Origin: Octopus bimaculoides
Lineage: Eukaryota
Assembly (NCBI RefSeq): GCF_001194135.2
Contig: NC_069003.1
Span: 24,474,220-24,511,683 of the forward strand
DNA: 37,464 nucleotides
Direction: 5' to 3'
The position numbers and the translations under genes are program-made. The notes below the pieces were generated by a model. It had not been told where the DNA came from, ran no database searches, and was given only the letters and a program-made list of their open reading frames with translations. Shown one piece after another: positions 1 through 10,313 of the stretch; the first letter of the stretch is position 1; each line of letters opens with the position of its first letter.

Positions 1-31
<31 letters not shown>

Positions 32-740
32 AACATACATATTTTTATATATGGTAATAATGTAAAGCAGAATCCTCAGAGTGGAGCAAATCATTACAAT
101 TGTTCGAATAGTGCGAACAAATTATTATCTCGTGATATATGTGCTCTGAGTTCGAATGCGGCCGAGGCCAGCATTGACTTTCATCCTTTCGGCTTTCGCT
201 AAATAAAAATCAGTCCAAGTCCGTGGCGCGAGGAAACTATTCGAATGTCAGACGGGGGAGGGGACGTTGTTTTCGTTCTGAGTTCAAATTCTTCCCAAGA
301 ATCCTAAAGCTACCAAGAACGATATCATCACCTCCTTTCACACTGAGAAAAGGAGTTAAGGCAAACCACCACGAGAAACTATTCACCTTGCAGCTCCTCC
401 CGCTCGTGCTGCTCCGGCAGGTTTTGCGGTTTTGGGCTATCAAACACTCCTTCCTCCGTTTCAAACATGTTGTGTAATGTGTAAAGGGGCCCTGAAAACT
501 GGATACATTGGGGACTGAACTCCCTACTTTACTCCACACTATCCTCAGGATTTCACAAACTTTCTAAATGTCCTTGGAGAGGAAACACAGACGATAAGTG
601 TGTAGTTCATGGGACAGCCGTTGTGTTTGCCACATCACCAGACCCCGACGTCTATGCAGTAGATCCAAAAGTGCCATTCTCGCAAAAGCGGAGCCAGGTG
701 TGGTCAACCACACTTGCTACGCTACAGCAAGCGACAAGTA

Positions 741-929
741 TACTCTTTTTCAGTCATTTGACTGCGGCCATGTTGGAGCACCGCTTTTAGTCGAGCAAAT
801 CAACCCCAGGATTTATTCTTTGTAAGCCTGGTACTTATTCTATCGGTCTCTTTTGCCGAACCGCTAATTAACGGGGACGTAAACACACCAACATCGGTTG
901 TCAAGCGATGTTGGTGAGGGGACAAACAG

Positions 930-974
<45 letters not shown>

Positions 975-1138
975 TACGACGGGCTTCTTTCAGTTTCCGT
1001 CTACCAAATCCACTCAAGGCTTTGGTCGGCCCGAGGCTATAGTAGAAGACACTTGCCCAAGGTGCCACGCAGTGGGACTGAATCCGGAACCATGTCGCTG
1101 GTAAGCAAGCTACTTACTACACAGCCACTCCTGCGCCT
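741..1138 (-). mobile_element. tRNA-derived CORE-like SINE (family 2) with internal (AT/AC)n microsatellite
   Basis: Minus-strand head AGGCGCAGGAGTGGCTGTGTAGTAAG, B-box-like GGATTCAGTCCC, CORE-like GGCACCTTGGGCAAGTGTCTT, internal microsatellite, then a conserved 3' block. About a dozen related copies occur in the window. Confidence 0.85.
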
Positions 1139-1218
1139 ATATTAATTTATATGTCCATATGTGTGTGTGTGTGTGTGCGCGCGCTTATGTGTATTAGTCA
1201 CTTTCGGTGTACATTATA

Positions 1219-1238
1219 TTTTTTCTTTCTAATTTCAG
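1219..1238 (+). promoter_or_regulatory. 3' splice acceptor (polypyrimidine tract + TTTCAG) upstream of gene 1 coding exon
   Basis: TTTTTTCTTTCTAATTTCAG|ATCGAACTCAAAGCCATG. AG at 1237-1238, ATG 15 nt later with a good Kozak context (GCCATG). Confidence 0.7.
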
Positions 1239-1253
1239 ATCGAACTCAAAGCC

Positions 1254-2003
1254 ATGAGGTCCACAACCGCAACGATTATAGTTGTAGCAGTGTTCTGTAT
1301 GTTCTTTAAACAGCGTGTAGAGGGCGCTGATAACATCCCTTCTGGTCCTCCACTTCCTCATCATCCTCATCTACCGGCGGGTTCCCAGGAAAGCAAACCG
1401 GCAAATAACCCCAACGACAAATCTTATATCAGACTATGGAAGAGGAAGTTGAAGGACGGCGTTAACTATGAATACACATACCACAACCCTGTTAAGAATG
1501 GAGCAATCAACCAGCAAGGCTCGGTGACGCTTTTTAAAACCAAAGATCCGAAAGGTGGTCAACCCAAAGCTACAGGTTACTTGATTAGTTACCGAACCAG
1601 TGAAGATTTCAGTTTCACCAATCCCCTTGATTCTGACTGGGACGTTGCTAACAGTCCTTATTACTACAACAATAACAACAAAAACACCAACAACAACTAC
1701 TACCAGAGCCCGTACAATTACCGGACCGTTGACACTGCCAGTACTCCGTACAGCCATACTTATTCGCCGGACCACCAACACAACAGAAATTCGGCGTATC
1801 ATGGCTTTCAGCGACCGGCGTCGTTAACAACGTCCCCACCTCATGCATCTGAGCCTCGGTGCTACGGTGAACAGAATTTCGGCTACAACAGCAACGTAAT
1901 TTACTGCTGTATGTATGCCGACCGTCCTCAGCCTAGTTCTTCTCCTTACCCTAAACATGTCTGTTGGCGCCAACATATCACATGGGGCCGCCGCATGCAA
2001 TAA
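1254..2003 (+). CDS. Orphan secreted protein (249 aa): signal peptide, Pro/His linker, Tyr/Asn-rich middle, C-terminal 4-Cys domain, terminal W-GRR
   Basis: Long non-repetitive ORF, GC-richer than its flanks, with hydrophobic N-terminus IIVVAVFCMFF and a VEG-A type cleavage site. Acceptor immediately upstream; AATAAA overlaps the stop. No family recognised. Confidence 0.8.
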   Translation: MRSTTATIIVVAVFCMFFKQRVEGADNIPSGPPLPHHPHLPAGSQESKPANNPNDKSYIRLWKRKLKDGVNYEYTYHNPVKNGAINQQGSVTLFKTKDPKGGQPKATGYLISYRTSEDFSFTNPLDSDWDVANSPYYYNNNNKNTNNNYYQSPYNYRTVDTASTPYSHTYSPDHQHNRNSAYHGFQRPASLTTSPPHASEPRCYGEQNFGYNSNVIYCCMYADRPQPSSSPYPKHVCWRQHITWGRRMQ

Positions 2004-2004
2004 A
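1999..2004 (+). terminator. Candidate polyadenylation signal overlapping gene 1 stop codon
   Basis: CAA-TAA-A gives AATAAA at 1999-2004, followed by A-rich and T-rich sequence. Confidence 0.45.
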
Positions 2005-2124
2005 GTTAAAAAAACCACCCACTCTTTAAGTTTGCATTCATGCGATTGTTCTTTGAATTTTTTTAATTTTTATTTTTATCCGAAAACCAAATAGGAAGCA
2101 GTAATAATAATAATAATAATAATA

Positions 2125-2417
2125 GTTCCATAATTAAATTTGTTGAACGATACTTCGGTATCTCGTGTACCTTCAACGGGTTCAAAATTTGATATGTGAG
2201 TCTACTTCATTTTTGTTGTTTTTTTTTTATAGATAATATTAGGACTGCTATGGCTCCTCTGGAAGGAATATGTAAATAATTAAAGAAGAAGAGTTCCATA
2301 ATTAAATTTGTTGAACGATATTTCGGTATCTCGTGTACCTTCGACGGGTTCAATGGAACTCTTCTTTAATTATTTACATATTCTTTCCAGAGGAGCCATA
2401 GCAGTCCTAATATTATC

Positions 2418-2421
<4 letters not shown>
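2125..2421. repeat. Compound direct + inverted repeat (A-B-A'-B reverse complement)
   Basis: 61-bp direct repeats at 2125-2185 and 2293-2353 (2 mismatches). About 70-bp inverted arms at 2228-2299 and 2353-2421 (1 mismatch, one 3-bp indel). Confidence 0.9.
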
Positions 2422-2455
<34 letters not shown>

Positions 2456-2461
2456 TAATAA

Positions 2462-3077
2462 AGGAAAAGTTGCACACGAGATGTGGCACATTCATTACAA
2501 TCAAAACGCAGCACCTGTCTTATGTAGACTGAACAGCGATCAGCTGCGCAATGAAAACAATAATATCAACAATACTGGAGATAATATGACAGAATTGGCA
2601 TTTATATACACTAGAAGCTGTGCCAGCACTGCGGAATGACAACAGAAAAATGATGGTATAGGCTTACCCCAGAAAAGGTCTCAAAAAAATGACGAAACAA
2701 CCATGTTCTGGAATATGATAATACAAACGGATAGAAAGATCAAGGCTAAAAAGCCAGATATTGTTGTTAGTGATCGCCAAGAAAAGTTTGCCTTCTAATT
2801 GACATGTTGGTCCCAACAAACAGTATATCTTTAAAAGAAACGAAGAAACTCTCGAAATACAAATGTGAAGATAGAAATGGCTAAAAACATACAGTCGAAT
2901 ACATAACCAAGACACCAGGACTTATGAATATATATAACATACAGAATATAACACTATTAGGCACCACACACATCCAACGTAAAGCACTTTCAATACAGTA
3001 AAAATAACAACACCAAAACAAACCACAGCATATACCCAAGACACACAGAGTTGCAATTGTCAGTACAGTTAAAGCAT
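2462..3077 (+). mobile_element. R4/Dong-like non-LTR retrotransposon 3' fragment (restriction-like endonuclease), degraded
   Basis: Manual translation FWNMIIQTDRKIKAKKPDIVVSD...LIDM matches the PD-(D/E)xK RLE region. Bounded by (TAA)n on both sides; the 3' end shares sequence with the 5998-6430 copy. Confidence 0.75.
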
Positions 3078-3094
3078 ATAATAATAATAATAAT

Positions 3095-3305
3095 CCTTTC
3101 TACTAAAGGCACAAGGCCCCAAATTTGTGGGGAGACGAGTCGATTACATCGACCCCAATGTTTCACTGATACTAAATTCATCGATGCCGAAAGGATGAAA
3201 GATAAAGTCCACATCGGTGGAATTTGGACACAGAACGTAGCAGCAGACGAAATACCGCTAAGCATTTAGTCCGGCATGCTAACGATTCTGCCATCTCACC
3301 GCCTT
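3095..3305 (-). mobile_element. tRNA-derived SINE (family 1)
   Basis: Minus-strand head AAGGCGGTGAGATGGCAGAATCGTTAG (A box), degenerate B box, conserved body GGGGTCGATGTAATCGAC, (ATT)n tail embedded in (TAA)n. Confidence 0.85.
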
Positions 3306-3437
3306 AATAACACTAATAATAATTATTATAACAATAATAATAGTAATAATAATAATTATTATTATTATAACAATAATAATAGTAATAATAATAATTATTA
3401 TTATTATTACTACTACTACTGCTACTACTACGACTAC
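3306..3437. repeat. (TAA/TTA/CTA)n microsatellite mosaic
   Basis: Directly visible trinucleotide repeats. Confidence 0.9.
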
Positions 3438-3973
3438 TAAAGTGAAAATGTAGAAAAATGTTCCTTATCTACTTGTTTCTTGTATTAAGATCGAAGATAT
3501 TCTATTACTAACTTCACTTGCCTTCCCCCAGCACCACCCCCATCCACAACCACCCAGATAGGAAGAAGATGAAAGAATTAAAATCAGAATAAAAGGGCTG
3601 TAAACAGCAGCAATAATCATCATTTCTTTGTTTGACGCAAGGGCTAGAAGTGAGGAAACACTACAAAGCCTCGTTGCAAATATGGTGGTGGGGTTGTATA
3701 GAACTGATTATGAGAACAGGAACAACAAGAGGAACAGTAACAACAAGAATAACAACAAAAGTAACAACAACGATGGTGATGATGAAGATGATTTCTTTCA
3801 TTCGCTGCAAGATTTTGCAGGGTGGGATGCATTACAAGAACAAGAACAACAGCAATAATAATAAATTATTATAATTCCATTTATAAAGGATGTAACATAG
3901 ACGAAGTAAAAATCACTATAGGTTCTATATCAAGTGTAGAAACAAACAAAAAATAGGAACATATTAACTCAGA

Positions 3974-4026
<53 letters not shown>

Positions 4027-4619
4027 CAGTAAATTTCGTAATCGCTACCAATATAGCATAAGACTACACCCCNNNNNNNNNNNNNNNNNNNNNNNNNNNN
4101 NNNNNNNNNNNNNNNNNNNNNNNNNNNNNNNNNNNNNNNNNNNNNNNNNNNNNNNNNNNNNNNNNNNNNNNNNNNNNNNNNNNNNNNNNNNNNNNNNNNN
4201 NNNNNNNNNNNNNNNNNNNNNNNNNNNNNNNNNNNNNNNNNNNNNNNNNNNNNNNNNNNNNNNNNNNNNNNNNNNNNNNNNNNNNNNNNNNNNNNNNNNN
4301 NNNNNNNNNNNNNNNNNNNNNNNNNNNNNNNNNNNNNNNNNNNNNNNNNNNNNNNNNNNNNNNNNNNNNNNNNNNNNNNNNNNNNNNNNNNNNNNNNNNN
4401 NNNNNNNNNNNNNNNNNNNNNNNNNNNNNNNNNNNNNNNNNNNNNNNNNNNNNNNNNNNNNNNNNNNNNNNNNNNNNNNNNNNNNNNNNNNNNNNNNNNN
4501 NNNNNNNNNNNNNNNNNNNNNNNNNNNNNNNNNNNNNNNNNNNNNNNNNNNNNNNNNNNNNNNNNNNNNNNNNNNNNNNNNNNNNNNNNNNNNNNNNNNN
4601 NNNNNNNNNNNNNNNNNNN

Positions 4620-4670
<51 letters not shown>

Positions 4671-4759
4671 AGCTCCAGAAGTGTGATTCTTAGGCCGCTT
4701 ATAGCCAATCAAGACTCTATATTATCTAAATAAACCATCGCAACAAAAGCAAGTGATTT

Positions 4760-5160
4760 CTCTCATTTTCCTATGACCTATAGTTGTATATTTAGGGAGG
4801 GTGTGTGCATCCACATCAGATACATCGTTTACAAACATCTTTTAGTAAATCTGCTAGAGGGGGACACCACTCCACTTTTCTCTTTAAATGTTACTCGAAG
4901 TTCATGAAAACCAGTTGAAGAAGAAAATATCTGACCACAGTTCTTTTAAACGTCTTCTACATAAGAGTTCTTTCGCTGTATCCACTAGATAGAGGAAAAC
5001 TACCTCAAGTCCAGAAATCGGATCCAGTAATGTTTTGAGACTGAATATATTAGAGAAAGACGGTTTCATCGTCCCCAACATACTTCGGAGAAGGTCAACT
5101 GGTTACACTGCCATATCTGTAGAATTTTATCTAGAAATAGCGGTACTTCCCAGTAGATTT
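4760..5160 (-). mobile_element. Probable 3' end of an L1/Tx1-like ORF2, degraded
   Basis: Manual minus-strand translation ...VVFLYLVDTAKRTLM*...NFE*HLKRKVE...FTKR resembles, from recall, the C-terminus of Tx1-type ORF2 proteins. Contains stops. Confidence 0.4.
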
Positions 5161-5379
5161 CGTTTTCTTTTTTTTTGTTTGTTTGTTTGTTTTTTTTCTT
5201 GTTTTCCTTCTTTCCTTTTTCTCTGTCTTTCTTCCCCTTCTTTTTCTATCACATCACTTCGTAAATGAACAATCTGTTGTGTTCATTTTAATGACCTACC
5301 AAATGTATACAGTGAGTTTCTTTGCCCTAGGTGTTGGGAAGACATTCGGCAAGAAATGGAAACAAAATTGAAAGAGGAC

Positions 5380-5438
<59 letters not shown>

Positions 5439-5440
<2 letters not shown>

Positions 5441-5970
5441 GAATGCTTGGTAACAACATATACCAGAAAAGGTAATGGACGAAAACGAGAAGGCAAAGAT
5501 CCTCTAGGACTTTGACTTCCAGAGAGAGAAAGTGTTTGAGCACCGAAAGCCGGATATAGTAATCTTTCGGAGGGATATGCAAGAGCTCTTAATAATTGAT
5601 GTGGCAATATTTTTTTTTTACCTTCCCATGTCATACCGACTCATAAGGGCCGGTACGCCAGTCCGTCGCAGGATAACTCATTTTTGCCATCATGAACGTA
5701 CGACCATGAGTCAAACATAAGGATTGTTTCTGAAGACATCGGAACGTTGAGTTCAATACCACCCAACATCTGAACATTTTAGAAATACCCTACAATCTTG
5801 GTGTATTGCAAAAATCGGTTTTACTTGGAACTGCACACATACTTTGTAAAGTACTATCTGTCTGAGGTCCCTGTTGCGACTTGACAGGCAGTACAAATCC
5901 CCGGTACACACAATATCTTCAATCTACAAAATCACAATATTGGATACTGTTGTGCGACGTCTTCAATAGC
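5439..5970 (+). mobile_element. RLE-type (R4-like) non-LTR fragment, second subfamily
   Basis: Translation HIPEKVMDENEKAKIL*DFDFQREKVFEHRKPDIVIFRRDMQELLIIDVAI carries the PD..D endonuclease motif. Starts at the (TAA)n at 5381-5438 and ends in (AAT)n. Confidence 0.7.
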
Positions 5971-5997
5971 AATAATAATAATAATAATAATAATAAT

Positions 5998-6430
5998 TAG
6001 AGAAATTAAGGCCAATAGACCAGATATAGTTGTCAAAGATCATGAAGGAAAAAATGCTTTCTAATTGATGTATCAATACCAGCAGATGACAACGTTTCCC
6101 TAAAAGAAATGGAGAAACTTTCAAAATACAAAGACCTGGAAATAGAGGTAACTCGAATGTGGAATCTAAAAACAGAAACAATTCCAATCATAGCAGGTGC
6201 CTTAGGTATAATAAAAAAAATATTCAGACAAATACATAACAAAAACACCAGGACTTACAAGTATATATATAACATACAGAAAATTGCACTACTGGGCACA
6301 CATCCTACGCAAAACACTTTCAATACAGTAACCATAAGAGCATCACAGCAAACCACAGCACATACCCAAGGCACACAGAGCTGCGCTCGGTAGTGAAGTG
6401 AAAGCACGTTATAAAAATAAAACTACTGAA
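5998..6430 (+). mobile_element. R4/Dong-like non-LTR 3' fragment (RLE domain and 3' UTR)
   Basis: IKANRPDIVVKDHEGK..FLIDVSIPADDNVSLKEMEKLSKYKDLEIEVTRMWNLKTETIPIIAGALG is a clear PD-(D/E)xK RLE. Flanked by (TAA)n on both sides. Confidence 0.85.
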
Positions 6431-6927
6431 TAATAATAATAATAATAATTGTTTGGGCTATTTCTAATTAAAGCACAAGACGATACATTTGTGGTCAGGT
6501 AAGAACAGCCGATTGTTTAGATCTTCACCAATATTTTCCTGGTAACTATTTTAGCAACTCTAAAAAAATGAACCCAGAAATTTCCTATATAGCTACAACA
6601 TACCTTCAAAAAAAAAAAAAAAAAAAAAATCAGGCATTTTATAGAATTGTCAAGCAAAACCAAAACGATTATGTTTTATTTGCATTTTGTATTTTTTTTA
6701 TAATTAATTTTCTGATAGAATTCTGTTTTAGACCTTTGCTTCTTTGCTTGTTATCTGCCTTTACATCCCTTATTAAAATACTATTGATTATATTAAAATG
6801 ATATTGATTAAATCATATCTCTTCATATTCGTTATATTTTTATTTCTCAATATTTCATAATAAAACAATATGAAACTTTCGTTGTGAGTGTATTATTGTA
6901 TTTTTATATAGGTATGTCCAGACACAT

Positions 6928-7192
6928 GTGGAGGCGCGTGGCTTAGTGGTTAGGGCGTCAGCATCATGATCGTAAGATTATGGTTTCGATTCCTGGAGTG
7001 GGCGACGCGTTGTGTTCTTGAGCAAAACACTTCATTTCACGCTGCTCCAGTCCACTCAGCTGGCAAAAATGAGTAACGCTGCGATGGACTGGCGTCCCAT
7101 CCAGCTGGGGAACATATACGCCACAGAAACCGGGAAACCGGGTCCACGAGCCTGGCTAGGCTTTAAAAGGGCGCATTTATTTATTTATTTAT
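6928..7192 (+). mobile_element. Full-length tRNA-derived SINE (family 3) with 15-bp target-site duplication
   Basis: Head GGCGCGTGGCTTAGTGGTTAG...GGTTTCGATTCC, (TTTA)n tail. Perfect TSD TATGTCCAGACACAT at 6913-6927 and 7193-7207. Confidence 0.92.
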
Positions 7193-7356
7193 TATGTCCA
7201 GACACATACATCAGTGAATCTGGACACATATGTACAAACCAAACTAGATAACCGATACTTAAACCAGCACAATGTTCGTAAATACAGAGATAAGTTATAT
7301 TAAATCTCTGAGCGAGAGATAAACATTAACAATACGGAACCGTAAAATATATTCGG

Positions 7357-7550
7357 CAACTAAATGGAGCGGCCCTATAGAGGGCGGTGTTGCTGTTGTT
7401 TTTAACCCCTGGAAGACATCACCTCCAGCTGGCCAACGACACAAATACTAGTCGGATACAAACTGTGTCGTTGGTCAGCTGGAGGACATGTTTTCCTGGG
7501 GCTAAAAACAACAGTAACACCGCCCTCTATAGGACCGCCACATTAAGTTG
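7357..7550. mobile_element. Palindromic foldback MITE-like element
   Basis: About 85-bp imperfect inverted arms (e.g. CCTATAGAGGGCGGTGTT / AACACCGCCCTCTATAGG) around a ~20-nt loop. Confidence 0.75.
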
Positions 7551-7598
7551 GTAAATATATTTTATAACACAATGCTATGTTAAAATCAAAGCCATAAA

Positions 7599-7664
<66 letters not shown>

Positions 7665-7670
7665 GGGGGG

Positions 7671-7835
7671 GAGAATTCACAAAAAAAACAAAACAAAAGA
7701 CGAAGACAGGTGGTGTAGACAACAAACAGATGTATTAGTATAACGCCCGGGAGGGAAGTGAAAAAGTCTCTAATGTTTCAAGCCTACGCTCTTCCACAGA
7801 AAGAAACAAGGAGAGAAAAATGAATGTAGTGGCTA
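7671..7835 (-). mobile_element. Penelope-like terminal repeat fragment (second copy at 15150-15321)
   Basis: Reverse-complement homologue of 15150-15321, carrying GGAAGAGCGTAGGCTTGAAAC. Flanked by (AT)n/(AC)n. Confidence 0.45.
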
Positions 7836-7882
7836 GCGATCTATCATGATATATATATACACACACATACACACACATATAT

Positions 7883-7930
<48 letters not shown>

Positions 7931-7954
7931 GTATGTATATATATATTATTATTA

Positions 7955-8200
7955 TTCTTTTACTTCAGTCATTTGACTGCGGCCATGCTGTAACACCGCC
8001 TTGAAGGGTTTTAGTCGAATAAATCGAACCCAGGACTTATTCTTTGTAATTTAAGTACTTATTTTATCGCTCTCCTTTCCCGAACCTCAAAGTTATGTGG
8101 ACGTAAACGCACCAACATCGGCTGTCAAGCAACGGTAGAGGGGGGTTAAAACACAGACACAAAGACACACAAACATAAATACACGCGCGCTCACACACGC
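7955..8200 (-). mobile_element. Family 2 SINE, 3' block; part of it duplicated at 8468-8535
   Basis: CAGTCATTTGACTGCGGCCATGCTG...GACGTAAACGCACC matches the other family 2 copies. Confidence 0.8.
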
Positions 8201-8216
8201 ATATATACATACATAT

Positions 8217-8467
8217 GGTAATCTTCAAGTTTAGGGGGACAAAAAAAAATATTCAAGGGAAATAACTGAACGACTTACCAGTATTATCCGTTTTCTTCTA
8301 GCTGTTTATAAATAAATCACGCCCTAATCCTAACCCTAACGTCAATCAAATCACGTGTGTGATTTATTTATAAACAGAGATGTACGGAGAATACTGGTAA
8401 GACGTTCAGTTACTTCCCTTGAATATTTTTATTTATTTTTTTTATCCCCCTAAACTTGAAGATTACC
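8217..8467. mobile_element. MITE with ~105-bp terminal inverted repeats and a telomere-like core
   Basis: Arms 8217-8320 and 8359-8467 begin GGTAATCTTCAAGTTTAGGGGG and end CCCCCTAAACTTGAAGATTACC. Spacer holds CCCTAATCCTAACCCTAAC. TTAA follows the right end only. Confidence 0.8.
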
Positions 8468-8704
8468 TTAAGTACTTATTCTATCGCTCTCCTTTCCCGA
8501 AGTTATGAGGACGTAAACACACCAGCATTGGTTGCCTTAGCTTCTGAGTTCTTTTACAGGGCTTGGAAAAATGAAGGACCGTTGCAATAATTATGTAAAC
8601 CTGAGAGGGGAATACATTGAATAAAATCATAATTAACTGATCCTCCTGTATTTTCTTTTACCAAAAGCCAGGAACTTTTCAGCACCCCCTCGTAAAGAAA
8701 TCTT

Positions 8705-8992
8705 TTACGCTACAAATGATAAACAACTTTCTGGATCAGAAAAAAACTTTTTCTCGGCTACCCGGTTTCTTTTTAGTAGGGCCAACACCCCACCCCCACC
8801 TCCTGCCCGACTCGGAGAAACGTATTTCTCATAGCCGTTCAGGAGTGGGGACAGATCTCTTGACCCCTTTACTCGGGTTTCCGTTGCAACAATCGCATCC
8901 AATTTTCTTGACCTGATGTCATTTAGGAAGCGTCCTTGCTTCCAGCTAGACATCAGGCCACGAACATTTATACAACCCATGTGAATAGACAT
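8705..8992 (-). pseudogene. Truncated ORF2 APE endonuclease N-terminus
   Basis: MSIHMGCINVRGL...DAIVATETRV...GGGGVLALL...DPE are the typical APE motifs (NVRGL, ET, GV). Confidence 0.85.
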
Positions 8993-9006
8993 GACTCACC
9001 TGTTAG

Positions 9007-10313
9007 TCAGGGCTTGTCCGGTGGAGAGGGACCCTCCACCTTTTCTTGATACAGGGTTGGAGGTGGCAGGTCTTGAAATATAGATTCGTAAAAGTTTAGT
9101 CTCATTGCTGACACAGACTTTCTGTACGTATTTAAACAAATATTGTGTGTCTTTTTGTCCCTTTCATAAAATTCATAATTTTTGTATTTGTCTGACAGTT
9201 CTGCTATCCTAGTTGCTGATTTGTTTTATTTTATTTCTCTCATTAAATCTTCATTTTTAGTATGTAGTGCTACACTTCCTCTATCCGCTACTTCTTTCCT
9301 TGTTGTTTTTGGTTGGACTCTTTTTGCTGTCTTTTTTGGTCGTTGTTCTGTTGGTTTTCGTTTTCTATTTTTCTTTTGCCAGTAACTTTCTTTTCCGTTT
9401 CATTTTCTTTTTCTTCCTCCTCAGCTTCCGATTCCACCACGTCTTCCTTACAGTATTTTTTTATATGGCCTAGCTGGCCACACAGAAGACACCGGGGTAT
9501 ACGTCCCTCGACAAAAACGTTGAGGAACTCCTCCCCCAACTTCTATTTTTTCTGGAAGCTGTTCTAATACAGTTTGTTCCGTTTGTATAATGAGGTGGAC
9601 CGTGTGGCCGGTCCAATTTTCCTTTTCAGAGACGGTAGCCTGAAGGAGTTTTATCTCCTCTACTTTTTCTGACAGGACAGCCGCCATCAACCACATAGGG
9701 TCGACTTGAGGAGGGACCTTTGGTATTCGTATCTTGGCTGTGCTCATATCCATGTATATAAGTATTAGAATTACATTTTTTGTTTCCAATGATTTTATCG
9801 AGTGCATCTGTGCCGTTTCAATATTTTTAAGTGTATCTCGATGGTACCGAACTTTTTACCTCTGGTCAGATATGTGATATCCTCTCAGATAGGTTTCAAA
9901 CATTTTTCTACCCTCTCCTCGCTTACTCGCTCAATTTTTCTTTCTTTCTTACAGTATGTCTTGAACATAATGGTTTTCTTCTTTTCTGAAAATAAATATT
10001 CTTCTGGGGGTTGAACCTTGACAATGCTGTCTTGAATTGTAATCATGTCTTTGTACATTAATAAGTCCTTTTTATTCGTCGACAGCCGGTGTGTTCCACC
10101 TCCAGCCGCCGACGCAAAACTTCTTTTTTGTTTATTTTCTTCTGTTTGAAGGCTTTTCACGTCAATATTCCTCTTTGCAACAGTACACATTGATGGTTGG
10201 GGAAATTCACTTTCAGAAGAATCCGAAATATCGCCAAATATTAAACTTTCAATCTTTTTTGCATCCCTGTCGGTTGTTGACTCTTCGCCAGACGAAGTTA
10301 CACTTTTCGGCAT
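9007..10313 (-). pseudogene. Disrupted Tx1-like ORF1 (RRM-like region + CX2CX4HX4C zinc knuckle)
   Basis: Stitching ORFs 9885-10352, 9448-9807 and 9288-9539 gives MPKSVT...LKPI*EDITYLTRGKKFGTIEI...KIRIPKVPPQV...LPEKIEVG/GEEFLNVFVEGRIPRCLLCGQLGHIKKYC, then a tail ending PPDKP* at 9007. At least 2 premature stops and 3 frameshifts. Confidence 0.8.

Noticed and set aside
223-825. GC-richer stretch with short ORFs on both strands
   Set aside because: No recognisable motif in any frame I translated. Possibly an old TE fragment, but it cannot be assigned without a search.
3628-3858. 76-aa Asn/Asp/Gln-rich ORF
   Set aside because: No ATG start, built largely from (AAC)n/(GAT)n repeats, no signal peptide or convincing splice context.
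6928-7005. tRNA-like sequences with A and B boxes (also near 26260-26333, 27040-27105, 30670-30744)
   Set aside because: They continue into SINE bodies with tails and TSDs and lack a pairing acceptor stem, so they are SINE heads and not tRNA genes.
8322-8340. Interstitial telomere as evidence of a chromosome fusion
   Set aside because: Only about three imperfect units, located in the spacer of a MITE.
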